A stretch of 64,000 bases of DNA from Clostridiales bacterium (GTDB taxonomy: Bacteria > Bacillota > Clostridia > Saccharofermentanales > Saccharofermentanaceae). The stretch's first letter is position 1, and every line of letters starts with the position of its first letter. The position numbers were made by a program, and so were the translations under genes. Below are positions 50,887 through 61,017 of the stretch, piece by piece. The DNA is taken from the NCBI GenBank assembly GCA_017513085.1, contig JAFWDK010000008.1:13895-77894 (forward strand). The letters are read 5' to 3'. The notes beneath the pieces are model-generated. The model ran no database searches and was not told the DNA's origin. It saw only the letters and a list, made by a program, of their open reading frames with translations.

Positions 50887-51659
50887 TATGCGTTCTCCCC
50901 CTTCACCTGCTCATTCGAATTGTCGGATCCTTCGGCTTCGGAATGGCTGACGTCATCTTTTTCTATGCCTTCAGTAACCTCAAAGAAGATGTCTTCCAAC
51001 GTTTTTCCCGCGCCTTCGATTTCCGGACGGGTGATATTCGCGCGGACAGTTCCCTTCTGCATAATGATCGTGCGGTCCCAGAGCATGTCCACACTGTCGA
51101 TGATATGCGTACTGATCAGCATGGTCTTTCCCGCCTGACGCATCTCCTCGATGTAGTTCTTCAGTTCTTTTATAGCATGAGGGTCCAAACCGAGAAGCGG
51201 CTCATCCATGAGGATAATATCAGGATCCGGCAGAAGGCCGATGCAAAGGTTCAATTTCTGCTGCATGCCTTTGGAAAGCTCATCGCCGAACTTCTTTTTC
51301 TTATCTGCCAGTTCAAAACGATCCAGAAGCATCTGAATACGGTCTTTATAGTTTGTCATCTTATATGCACGGGCAATGAATTCCATATGCTCGATCACGG
51401 TAAGGTTAGGATAAAGTGACGGCATCTCCGGGATATACCCCAGAACTCTTCTGGCCTGGACCGTCTTATTCGGCATACCATTGACGGTAATGCTGCCCTG
51501 GTATTTCAAAAAACCGATGATCGACTTGATGATCGTACTCTTGCCCGCTCCGTTCGGTCCCAAAAGAACCGTCAGGCTGCCCGGCTGCAAGGTAAACGAC
51601 ACATTATCACAGGCAAGTGTCTTTCCGAACTTTTTAGTCACTCCATTAATCTCTAACAT
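50886..51659 (-). CDS. ABC transporter ATP-binding protein
   Basis: GPNGAGKST, LSKGMQQK, DEP. Confidence 0.93.
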   Translation of the reverse strand: MLEINGVTKKFGKTLACDNVSFTLQPGSLTVLLGPNGAGKSTIIKSIIGFLKYQGSITVNGMPNKTVQARRVLGYIPEMPSLYPNLTVIEHMEFIARAYKMTNYKDRIQMLLDRFELADKKKKFGDELSKGMQQKLNLCIGLLPDPDIILMDEPLLGLDPHAIKELKNYIEEMRQAGKTMLISTHIIDSVDMLWDRTIIMQKGTVRANITRPEIEGAGKTLEDIFFEVTEGIEKDDVSHSEAEGSDNSNEQVKGENA

Positions 51660-51898
51660 AGAAAATCCTCACTTCTTCTTTTTTTCTCTCCAAGCGCTTA
51701 TTTAACGATACCATTGTAAAAATGAAAGGTAAATCCATAGTCTAGATAATCTAAAGAAATAGTAAAGTATGTTTTTTCGCTATTTTCACGGCTTCTATAT
51801 ATCCTTATAATGATTGAGTTATTCGTATTCTAGTGTTAAGATTGTCTACGGCGATTTTATATATAAGGAAAAAGAACTAGTTAGAACAGGAAAAATAT

Positions 51899-54706
51899 AT
51901 GTCTTTTGCTTCGATTTTATATCAATTACTTCTGGCTCCTCTCGAGCTGATCTATGAGCTGGTCTATAACTTTGCCAGCAATATTCTTCAGGATTACGGC
52001 GCTGCGATCATTCCGCTGAGCCTTGCCGTCAACTTCCTGCTTCTGCCTTTTTACCAGCGTGCTGACGCGATCCAGAAAGCAGAGAAAGATATGCAGAACA
52101 AACTGGCAGCCGGCGTCGCCCACATCAAGAAGACCTTCAAGGGCGATGAGCGCTTCATGATGCTCAACACCTACTACCGACAGAATCACTATAAGCCGAT
52201 CTATTCCCTTCGAAGCTCGATCCCGCTGCTTTTGCAGGTACCGTTCTTCATTTCGGCGTACAATTTTCTTTCGAATCTTCCGGATCTGCAGGGCACAAGA
52301 TTTGCCTGCTTTTCCGATCTGAGTTCTCCGGATGCGCTGATCAGGATCGCCGGGATCTCCATCAACCTTTTGCCTATCCTCATGACGCTCATCAACGTCA
52401 TCTCCAGTGAGATCTATATGAAAGGACACCCTTTCAAGGATAAGATCCAGCTTCACGGCATGGCCCTGATCTTCCTGGTCCTTCTCTACGATTCGCCGTC
52501 CGGTCTTGTTTTATACTGGACCCTGAATAATGTCTTCTCCCTTGTGAAGAATATCGTAAACGGAAGCAAACGCCCGAAACTGTGCGTCAGCATCTTCATG
52601 TCGCTGGTCGGTTTCCTTGCCTTCTTCTACGCATTCTTCAGCTACAAGGGACCGAACAATTATAAGCTCGCAATCATTCTGATCGGACTTTTGTTCCACC
52701 TGCCGTCGATCATCAACCTGATCCGCATGAAGATGCCGGCCAAGACCAAAGAGGCAAAAGAATCCTCCGAGCTCTCAGCCGAACAAAAGAAAGCAGACAA
52801 CCGTCTTTTCCTGTATGGCGCTTCATTCCTGACCATCATGACAGGACTTCTCATCCCAGCAGCGGTCATCCGTTCCTCTCCGGCAGAATTCGTACTGGTC
52901 ACGGATTTCCATTCTCCGCTCCGCTACGTATTCCTGTCATTTCTCATGGCCGCCGGTCTCTTCCTGATCTGGTGCGGTCTCTTCTACTTCCTTTCCAAAC
53001 CGAAGTCCAGAAGAGTTTTCAGCGTCGTTCTCCTGATCATGTCCATTGCCGGCACAGTCAACTACATGCTTTTTGCCAAACACCTGACATCCCTTACCTC
53101 CGATCTGAAATATGAGGGTGGCATGTCCTTTTCGACCAAAGAGATCATCATCAATCTGGCAGCCGTGGCGGCCATCTGTGTAATTCTTCCGATCCTCTGG
53201 AAGAAGAAGCACCAGATCGTGTCGAAAGTGTTCCCGCTTATCGTGATCGCTGTCTTTGGCATGTCCATCTACAACATGGTCGGCATCCAGCAGTCCATCA
53301 ACGAGGTACGCGAAGTCGTAGAAAACCAGTCCACCGAGCTCGCCACTTTCCAGTTCAGCAAAAAAGGCAAGAACGTCGTCGTCTTTATGCTCGACCGTGC
53401 AGTCAGCTGCTACGTCCCGTATTTCTTCCAGGAAAACCCGGACCTGGCGAAGCAGTTCGACGGATTCACCTGGTATCCGAACACACTCTCTTTCGGAGTA
53501 AGAACCAACACCGCGGCGCCGGCGCTTTTCGGCGGGTATGATTACACACCGGACCAGATCAATGCCAGAGCAGACGAGCTTCTCGAAAACAAACACAACG
53601 AAGCGCTGAAAGTTATGCCGGTGCTTTTTGATCAGGCCGGATATCAAGTCACCGTATGCGACCCGCCTTATGCAGGCTACGGCTGGATCCCGGATCTTTC
53701 GATCTACGATGAATACCCGGACATCCGTGCTTTCAATACAGAGATCGGCCAGTTCCGTGACCAGACGGAGAGTAATATTCTGAGGAAACAAGCCTGGAAG
53801 CGTAACTTCTTCTGTTACAGTTTCATGAAGGTCATGCCGCTTCCTGTCCAGTACGTTATTTACCAGGACGGCGCCTACTTCAGTCCGGGAAGCACCAATA
53901 AAGTTCTGATGCAGTCCGAGGCGATCACAACTTCCAAGCCGTCCGTCGGCGTATGGAATCCTTTCATGAACGCCTACTCCGCGCTGAGCTCGCTTTCTGA
54001 CATGACGAAGATTTCCGAAGGTGACGAGAATAATTTCCTCATGATGCAGAATGGTACCGCCCACAACGTCATGATGCTTCAGGAACCCGGATATGTCCCG
54101 GCAAAAGAAGTCGACAATACGGAGTTCGAATCTACGCATCAGGACCGTTTCACACTTGACGGCAAGACGCTCGAGATGGATAACGCCTATAAGATCGTGC
54201 ACTACCAGTGCAACATGGCCGCACTCCTTCAGATGGGCAAATGGATGGACTACCTGCGCGAACAAGGCGTGTACGACAACACCAGGATCATCATCGTAGC
54301 CGATCACGGCTGGACACTCGGTCATTTCGACAACATGATCTTCGGAACCGATCTGGCGGATACTTCCTATTACAATCCGGAAGACGCCATGGGTTACAAC
54401 CCGCTCCTGCTCGTCAAAGACTTCGGCAGCACCGGTCCGGTCAAGACCGACTACACTTTCATGACCAACGCGGACACCCCGTCGCTGGCGATGATGGATC
54501 TTCTGGATTCACCGATCAACCCGTTTACCGGCCGTGCGATCAATCGTCCGGAAGAAAAACAGAAAGACTCGATGCTGGTTATGTATACCGATAACTGGAG
54601 CGTCGAATTCAATAACGGAAACACCTTCTCCGGATGCGTATGGTTCAACTGCAGAAACCAGAACATCTTCGAGAAAGAAAACTGGTCCAGAGCCCAGGAT
54701 CAATAA
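51899..54706 (+). CDS. YidC/Oxa1-like N-terminal domain fused to a membrane and alkaline-phosphatase-superfamily (sulfatase/LtaS-like) domain
   Basis: PLLLQVPFF, GLVLYWTLNN (YidC-like); NVVVFMLD, YDNTRIIIVADHG (AlkP superfamily). Confidence 0.8.
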   Translation: MSFASILYQLLLAPLELIYELVYNFASNILQDYGAAIIPLSLAVNFLLLPFYQRADAIQKAEKDMQNKLAAGVAHIKKTFKGDERFMMLNTYYRQNHYKPIYSLRSSIPLLLQVPFFISAYNFLSNLPDLQGTRFACFSDLSSPDALIRIAGISINLLPILMTLINVISSEIYMKGHPFKDKIQLHGMALIFLVLLYDSPSGLVLYWTLNNVFSLVKNIVNGSKRPKLCVSIFMSLVGFLAFFYAFFSYKGPNNYKLAIILIGLLFHLPSIINLIRMKMPAKTKEAKESSELSAEQKKADNRLFLYGASFLTIMTGLLIPAAVIRSSPAEFVLVTDFHSPLRYVFLSFLMAAGLFLIWCGLFYFLSKPKSRRVFSVVLLIMSIAGTVNYMLFAKHLTSLTSDLKYEGGMSFSTKEIIINLAAVAAICVILPILWKKKHQIVSKVFPLIVIAVFGMSIYNMVGIQQSINEVREVVENQSTELATFQFSKKGKNVVVFMLDRAVSCYVPYFFQENPDLAKQFDGFTWYPNTLSFGVRTNTAAPALFGGYDYTPDQINARADELLENKHNEALKVMPVLFDQAGYQVTVCDPPYAGYGWIPDLSIYDEYPDIRAFNTEIGQFRDQTESNILRKQAWKRNFFCYSFMKVMPLPVQYVIYQDGAYFSPGSTNKVLMQSEAITTSKPSVGVWNPFMNAYSALSSLSDMTKISEGDENNFLMMQNGTAHNVMMLQEPGYVPAKEVDNTEFESTHQDRFTLDGKTLEMDNAYKIVHYQCNMAALLQMGKWMDYLREQGVYDNTRIIIVADHGWTLGHFDNMIFGTDLADTSYYNPEDAMGYNPLLLVKDFGSTGPVKTDYTFMTNADTPSLAMMDLLDSPINPFTGRAINRPEEKQKDSMLVMYTDNWSVEFNNGNTFSGCVWFNCRNQNIFEKENWSRAQDQ

Positions 54707-54718
54707 GGAGGGATGCAT

Positions 54719-56011
54719 ATGTTTACACTTCAACAGATCAGTCAGCTCGTATGCCTCACTCCCCGCGTGAGACTGTACATCGACCCGGGAACGGGCAGCA
54801 TGCTCTTCGCCGTACTCATCGGACTTCTCGGCGTAGGCCGCTTCCTCTTCAAAGGCCTCTGGGTCAAGCTCCGTTTCCTTTTCAGCGGCGGCAAGAAGAC
54901 CGACGCTGACAACGACGTGATCCCGCTCGCCGTCTTCTCGGACGACAAGCGTTACTGGTCCGTCTTTGAGCCGATCCTGCGGGAACTCGACCAGCGCGGA
55001 TTCGACGTCGTTTATATGACCGCATCCGAAGACGACCCTGGCCTCAAGACCGACCTGTCTCACGTAAAAGCCGAGTGCATCGGTCCGGGAAACCACGCAT
55101 TTGCCAAACTGAACTTCACCAAAGCCACCATGCTGCTCTCGACCACACCGGGACTGGATGTCTACCAGTGGAAGCGTTCCAAAGATGTAAAATACTACAT
55201 CCACATTCCGCACTCCCCGGCCGAGCTCACCACTTACCGCATGTTCGGCACAGACTACTATGACGCCATGATGCTTTCCGGCCAGTACCAGATCGACGAT
55301 GCACGCGAGCTCGAAAAGCTCCGCGATCTTCCGGCAAAAGAACTCACCCTCGTGGGTATTCCTTTCCTCGACGAGAAGGTTAAGCGTCTGGAAGCATTCA
55401 AAGCGCAAAATAAGGACGATGACACCAAACATGAGCGTACGGTCCTTCTCGCTCCTTCCTGGGGCGAGAGTGCCATTCTCAAGCGTTACGGCGGGGATAT
55501 GATCCGCCGCCTCCTCGACACCGGCTACCATATCATCATCCGCCCGCACCCGCAGTCCTTCACTTCCGAAAAAGATTTGATGGACAAGCTGATGCAGGAA
55601 TTCCCGGAAAGCGACAGACTGGAATGGAACCGAGACAATGATAACTTCGATGTTCTCAACCGCTCTGACATCATGATCTCCGACTTCTCCGGCGTCATCT
55701 TTGAATTCGCACTCGTATTCGACAAACCAGTCATCTGCGCAGACACCGAATTTGACTCCTCACCTTACGACGCCTGGTGGCTCGGCAGACTCCCCTGGGG
55801 CCAGACCGCGATTCCACGCATCGGCAAGATCCTGACCAAAGACAACTTCTCCGAGATCAAAAACATGATCGACACCTGCATCGAAGACAAATCCTTCGAA
55901 GAAAGCCGCCACGCCGTCCGCGACGAAACCTGGACCCACCGCGGCGAAGGCGCCAGACTCGCCGCCGACTACATCACGGAAAAGTACAAAGAGTTAAAAA
56001 CAACCAAGTAA
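54719..56011 (+). CDS. CDP-glycerol glycerophosphotransferase (TagF/TagB-like) family protein
   Basis: VLLAPSWG, RPHP, SDIMISDFSGVIFEF..DKPV. Confidence 0.8.
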   Translation: MFTLQQISQLVCLTPRVRLYIDPGTGSMLFAVLIGLLGVGRFLFKGLWVKLRFLFSGGKKTDADNDVIPLAVFSDDKRYWSVFEPILRELDQRGFDVVYMTASEDDPGLKTDLSHVKAECIGPGNHAFAKLNFTKATMLLSTTPGLDVYQWKRSKDVKYYIHIPHSPAELTTYRMFGTDYYDAMMLSGQYQIDDARELEKLRDLPAKELTLVGIPFLDEKVKRLEAFKAQNKDDDTKHERTVLLAPSWGESAILKRYGGDMIRRLLDTGYHIIIRPHPQSFTSEKDLMDKLMQEFPESDRLEWNRDNDNFDVLNRSDIMISDFSGVIFEFALVFDKPVICADTEFDSSPYDAWWLGRLPWGQTAIPRIGKILTKDNFSEIKNMIDTCIEDKSFEESRHAVRDETWTHRGEGARLAADYITEKYKELKTTK

Positions 56012-56035
56012 AACACAAAAACTTATCCCGCAAAC

Positions 56036-56083
56036 AAAAACCTTGCTTCCCCGCAAAATCGCAGAGAAACAAGGTTATTTTTT
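56036..56083 (+). terminator. Intrinsic terminator
   Basis: AACCTTG...CAAGGTT stem plus T-run. Confidence 0.7.
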
Positions 56084-56085
56084 GC

Positions 56086-56304
56086 CCCGGACATTGTTTG
56101 TGATTTCAAATTTCGCCGCGATTACGCAGGGCAAAGCCCGAGTACCAGCGGCGATTTACTTCCTTTACACCGGAAACTCACCCACCAAATGAAATCCTCG
56201 CAGGAACTAACTATTACAGTCCCGGACATTGTGATTTCAAATTTCGCCGCGATTACGCAGGGCGAAGCCCGAGTACCAGCGGCGAAATTTGCAAATCACA
56301 ATGT
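56086..56304. repeat. Two direct copies of a ~70-80 bp palindromic REP-like element
   Basis: 56086-56154 and 56221-56304 near-identical; copy 2 is ACATTGTGATTTCAAATTTCGCCGC...GCGGCGAAATTTGCAAATCACAATGT. Confidence 0.85.
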
Positions 56305-57417
56305 TTCTAAATACTTCATAAAATTCTCTTTGTTTTCCAGTGCTGTCGTGGTCGGGCGGCCAAGATCTTCGCGCGCTCCGATGGAACACATAACTTCGAT
56401 CAGACAGAGCTCATCCATCTCCTTGGCCACTGCCAGTTCACGATCCAGCGCGAAGAAATCCTCGACACGGATCGCATACGGATATCCGCACGCCTTCGCC
56501 ACAGAAACCAGATCAACATCGCTCATTACTGTCGGCATACCACCCACCGTTTCATGCGCACCGTTATTGATCACGATATGCACGAGATTCTTCGGTTTGT
56601 TCGCTCCGATCACCGCCATGGAACCCATATGCATCAGAACCGCACCGTCACCATCGATACACCAGATCTTCTGGTTCGGCTTATTGATCGCAACTCCCAA
56701 AGCAATGGAAGAACTGTGACCCATGGAACCGACTGTCAGGAAATCATACTTATGGCTCTGTCCGTTTGCCACTCTTGTCTCAAAAAGCTCTCGCGATGCT
56801 TTTCCTGTAGTGGAGATGATCGGGTCCTCTTCACTGACCGCCACGATATGCTGGATGATCTCTTCACGGACCATTGTATTCTCGTTACTATAAACCACCT
56901 TCTCGTCATACGAAAGCGCGCCTTTACGGATAACAAAAGCGACATCTTTGCCCGAAGAAAGGATCTCACGGAATTCATCCATCTTTGCCTTCACTTCATC
57001 GTCTGTCGTATCCTTGCCGATCGCAAAATTCGCAATACCCATATCGTCAAGAAGCTTCACGGTCACTTCACCCTGATAGATATGCTGTGGCTCATCGTGG
57101 ATGCCGGGCTCGCCTCTCCAACCGATAATAAACACGGTCGGGATCGCATACACCTTATCATTCAGAAGACTGGCCACCGGATTGATGATATTGCCTTCAC
57201 CGGAATTCTGCATATAGACGACAGGCACTTTTCCGGTAGCAAGATGGTAACCTGCCGCCAAAGCCGTACAGTTGCCCTCATTTGCCGCGATCACATGATG
57301 ATGCGCATCAATGCCGTAAGTATGCATAAGGTAATTGCAAAGTGCTTTTAATTGGGAATCCGGAACTCCTGTATAAAAATCCGAACCAATGATCTGAACC
57401 AGTTTTTCAACTTTCAT
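56296..57417 (-). CDS. aepY: Phosphonopyruvate decarboxylase
   Basis: GVPDSQL, ANEG, YMQNSG, DEPQH, GSMG, GDGA..M..G..NN. Confidence 0.95.
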   Translation of the reverse strand: MKVEKLVQIIGSDFYTGVPDSQLKALCNYLMHTYGIDAHHHVIAANEGNCTALAAGYHLATGKVPVVYMQNSGEGNIINPVASLLNDKVYAIPTVFIIGWRGEPGIHDEPQHIYQGEVTVKLLDDMGIANFAIGKDTTDDEVKAKMDEFREILSSGKDVAFVIRKGALSYDEKVVYSNENTMVREEIIQHIVAVSEEDPIISTTGKASRELFETRVANGQSHKYDFLTVGSMGHSSSIALGVAINKPNQKIWCIDGDGAVLMHMGSMAVIGANKPKNLVHIVINNGAHETVGGMPTVMSDVDLVSVAKACGYPYAIRVEDFFALDRELAVAKEMDELCLIEVMCSIGAREDLGRPTTTALENKENFMKYLETL

Positions 57418-57435
57418 TTTACTATCTCCTTGACA

Positions 57436-58731
57436 TTAGATTTCGTCGATCAAAGTAATGATCTCTTTAATGGACATCAGACGGTCATCAACCTCTTTTG
57501 CCCGGTGATACTTAAGAATATCTTCCGCGGTCTTCTGCATGGCCGGAAAAGCACTTCTGGTGAGCTGGTTGGCGTAGATCACGATGTTCACGCCGTGTGC
57601 GGCCAGTTCGTCCTCGGTAATGGTATTAAAACTTGAAGGCACGACCACGATCGGGGTATGCTTGTTTTCTTCTCTGAACTTATCGCAGAACTCCAGGATC
57701 TCATCCGGCTCCTTCTTTCTGCTGTGGATCATGATTCCGTCCGCTCCGGCCTCGACAAAAGCTCTTGCCCGTGTCAGTGCGTCGTCCATGCCTTGTTCGA
57801 GGATCAGGCTTTCGATTCGTGCAATGATCATGAAATCATCCGTCAGCTGTGCTTTCTTACCTGCACGGATCTTCGCGGAAAACTCTTCAATGCTCGCCTG
57901 CGTCTGCTTCACTTCCGTTCCGAAAAGCGAGTTCTTCTTGAGTCCCGTCTTATCCTCGATAATGACAGCGGACACACCCAGTCTTTCCAGACTTCTCACC
58001 GTATATACGAAATGCTCGGTCAATCCGCCTGTATCACCATCGAAGATGATCGGTTTTGTCGTTACCTCGGTAATATCCTCGATCGTGCGGAAACGGCTGG
58101 TCATATCCACCAGCTCAATATCCGGTTTTCCTTTGGCCGTACTGTCGCAAAGGGAGCTGATCCACATCGCATCGAACTGATCGAGTTTCCCTTCATGCTC
58201 CACGACCGTCTTTTCCACGATCAGACCGGTAAGACCGCTATGCGCTTCCATCGTCTTTACGATCGGTGTCATCTCGATCAGCTGGCGCAATCTCTTTCTG
58301 CGGTATTCCGGCATACCCAGTTTCTCGCGAAGCTGCAGATCGATCTTTCTTACATTCTCGTTGAATGTATACGGAATATCCACCAATTCTCCGCCGTACT
58401 CGGCAAGCAGGTTCTCCACATGTGCCCGGATCGTGCTTTCCGGTCCCTCTTTCCAGTTATCGCCATGGACGACATAATCCGGATGGATCAAGGCGATCAC
58501 ATCGTCATAATGCATCTTCTCCTGGATCACGACCTTCTCCACCCCCGGGAGCGAACGGTACAGTTTCACACGCTCCTCCTGCGGGATCGTCGGGAACTTG
58601 TTATAACGGATCAAGACCTGATCGGAAAGACATCCTACGATCACGTTTCCCAACTTCTTTGCTTCATTGATAATGTTCAGATGTCCCTCATGGATCACAT
58701 CCGTGCAAAAGCATGTATAGACAGTTTTCAT
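57436..58731 (-). CDS. aepX: Phosphoenolpyruvate mutase with N-terminal cytidylyltransferase domain
   Basis: EDKTGLKKNS (EDKx5NS PEP mutase motif), DGDTG, N-terminal HEGH. Confidence 0.96.
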   Translation of the reverse strand: MKTVYTCFCTDVIHEGHLNIINEAKKLGNVIVGCLSDQVLIRYNKFPTIPQEERVKLYRSLPGVEKVVIQEKMHYDDVIALIHPDYVVHGDNWKEGPESTIRAHVENLLAEYGGELVDIPYTFNENVRKIDLQLREKLGMPEYRRKRLRQLIEMTPIVKTMEAHSGLTGLIVEKTVVEHEGKLDQFDAMWISSLCDSTAKGKPDIELVDMTSRFRTIEDITEVTTKPIIFDGDTGGLTEHFVYTVRSLERLGVSAVIIEDKTGLKKNSLFGTEVKQTQASIEEFSAKIRAGKKAQLTDDFMIIARIESLILEQGMDDALTRARAFVEAGADGIMIHSRKKEPDEILEFCDKFREENKHTPIVVVPSSFNTITEDELAAHGVNIVIYANQLTRSAFPAMQKTAEDILKYHRAKEVDDRLMSIKEIITLIDEI

Positions 58732-58808
58732 GTCTTATATCTCCTTCTTTATCGCATTTGTCGCAATAGACACATATCTCACGCGTGCCGGATCCGGCAC
58801 ACTACCGC

Positions 58809-59960
58809 TCAGGAACGGTAGCCCTTCTCCTCGGAATAATGGACCGGAACCGAAACACCAGACGCTTGCAGAGCTTCTTGAAACACAACAAAGAAGTCTT
58901 CAATATCTTTCTCATCGATCGCGCCCAGTGCGCAAAGACGGAAAGTATTGGTCGTGGAGATCTTACCGGGATAGATGGTAAATCCACGTTCATAACAATA
59001 ATCATGCACCTTCTCGAAACTCCAGTTCGGATCATCCGGATAGATTGCCGAAGAAACCAGACCTGCGCGCCATTCCGGCTTGATCACCTGACGGAAGCCA
59101 AGCTCATCCAGCCCGCGATTGATTGCCTGAAACACACGCGTATGTCTTGCCCACTTGCCCTCTTCTCCCTCGGCCCAATACTCTTTCAAGCCCTGGATCG
59201 TGGCATAGATCGTCTGCACCGGCGGCGTAAAATGCATCTCTCCTGTCTTTTCGAAGCAGTCGTACTGCAGGAAAAGATTGCAATAGTAACTTCTCTTCGA
59301 ATAGGAAGCTGATTTCTCAATGATCGCACGCTTACCCACCACGAAAGAAAGACCGGTCATCGCCATCAGTCCTTTTTGCGCGGAAGCCATGCAAAAATCG
59401 ATGTTATCTTTCGCAATATCGATCGGGATCATCGCATAAGTACTGGTCGTATCGACCGTAAAGACCGCGCCGTATTTGTGTGCCAGCGCGCCGATCTCAC
59501 GGATCGGATTCAAAATACCCGTACCCGTCTCGTTATGCGTCGTATGGATCAAAGCGATATCCGGATCATTCTTCAGCACTTCCTCAACCTTAGCAAGGTC
59601 AGGTCTCTCATCCACCGGAAAACGAAGATCGATATGCGGCAGACCATAGTACTCACAGATCTCCACGGCACGCGTCGAATACGCGCCGTTATTGATGACC
59701 AAAACCTTCTTTTCCTCCGGAAGAAGCGAATTGATGCACACATCGATATTGATCGTTCCCGACCCACAGAAAAGCACTGACGTATATTCTTCCAGATCGC
59801 CATGTACGACTCGTACCAGATCCTCGCGAAGCCCCTTCATCAGGCCGGCGAACTCTTTCTCTCTCGGGCAGATGTCCGGCACGATCTGTGCATATTTCAC
59901 GGTATCCGTCGTCGTCGACGGACCCGGATTCAACAATATATTTCTCTTGACCGGTTCCAT
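58809..59960 (-). CDS. aepZ: 2-aminoethylphosphonate aminotransferase (AepZ/PhnW family)
   Basis: LLNPGP, GSGT, NGAY, HNETGTG, SAQK, IYPGK; lies in the pepM-ppd operon. Confidence 0.9.
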   Translation of the reverse strand: MEPVKRNILLNPGPSTTTDTVKYAQIVPDICPREKEFAGLMKGLREDLVRVVHGDLEEYTSVLFCGSGTINIDVCINSLLPEEKKVLVINNGAYSTRAVEICEYYGLPHIDLRFPVDERPDLAKVEEVLKNDPDIALIHTTHNETGTGILNPIREIGALAHKYGAVFTVDTTSTYAMIPIDIAKDNIDFCMASAQKGLMAMTGLSFVVGKRAIIEKSASYSKRSYYCNLFLQYDCFEKTGEMHFTPPVQTIYATIQGLKEYWAEGEEGKWARHTRVFQAINRGLDELGFRQVIKPEWRAGLVSSAIYPDDPNWSFEKVHDYCYERGFTIYPGKISTTNTFRLCALGAIDEKDIEDFFVVFQEALQASGVSVPVHYSEEKGYRS

Positions 59961-59980
59961 AGTTTTAGATCCTCCTTCGT

Positions 59981-60871
59981 TCACACATCATAGGCTTTAT
60001 CGATCTGACAAAGCTCCCGGAATGTATCGATCTCCACGATATCGTTCTCGAAGCACTCCCTGACCGCTACTTTATAGTTGTCCCTACAGTACACGAGCGG
60101 CACCTGCTCCCAATAGCGCTCTTTACCGCCGGGGCCTTCATACACCGCACCGATATCCGAAGAAAGTTTCTCCCCGTCTTCTTTACTCCAATACGAGATA
60201 CCGACCATCTGCCAGCAATTCTCGCCGCCGACCTTCTCCTCACGGATAAAGCCGTCTTTGACCATAAAGCACCAGTCATCCGTCCTATCCTTCTTGATAG
60301 CCAGGAAATCTGACGTATAGTGGTACTTCGTAATGATGTTCGGATTGGAGATCAGAAGATCCGCCTCAAAGACATACGCATTACTGAGAAGGTTTCTCGC
60401 CACCAAAGCACTGGAAATGTTATTGGCTTCGTTATACACGGGGTTTTCCAGGAACTTGATCATCGGATACTTATAAAGAAGCTGATCGAACTGCTCGGCA
60501 AGATATCCGCGTACTACATAGATCTCCGTAATATCATTGGCCAGACAAGCATCGATCAGACTGTCGATGATCCTCTTGCCGTGCACACGCACGAGCGGCT
60601 TCGGCGTATTCAGCGTGATCGGCACCATTCGGGATCCGAATCCCGCCGCAATGAACACTGCACGCTGTACACGATACGGTTCTAAAGCCAGCTCGCCCTT
60701 GGGTGTGATCATACCGTCTTTGATCAGTTCCAGATCAGATAATTCCTTGACAAGTTTGTTGATCGTGCCTAGAGAAAAGCCTGTTTTCTTCTCAAGCTCT
60801 CTCTGCGAGAGGCTTTCCTTCGCCTCCATCAGGCAAACTAAAAGATCGAATTGTTTCCGTTGTAGACTCAT
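59981..60871 (-). CDS. Winged-HTH plus LicC/PntC-like NTP transferase
   Basis: SQREL...SLGTINK HTH; AAGFGSRM.P.T...PKPL, NNISS, EAD, EIDT. Confidence 0.85.
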   Translation of the reverse strand: MSLQRKQFDLLVCLMEAKESLSQRELEKKTGFSLGTINKLVKELSDLELIKDGMITPKGELALEPYRVQRAVFIAAGFGSRMVPITLNTPKPLVRVHGKRIIDSLIDACLANDITEIYVVRGYLAEQFDQLLYKYPMIKFLENPVYNEANNISSALVARNLLSNAYVFEADLLISNPNIITKYHYTSDFLAIKKDRTDDWCFMVKDGFIREEKVGGENCWQMVGISYWSKEDGEKLSSDIGAVYEGPGGKERYWEQVPLVYCRDNYKVAVRECFENDIVEIDTFRELCQIDKAYDV

Positions 60872-61017
60872 AAACAATCATCCGTTCATTTTTTATTATT
60901 CATCCAAAAGAATTGAACAGATTCATTATACTCTTCTTACCAACGAAAACAAGTCGATCTGATAGTTGTGCCAATATTCAATATGATGTTACGAAATCCA
61001 TTTCCTTTGCAAGCAGT

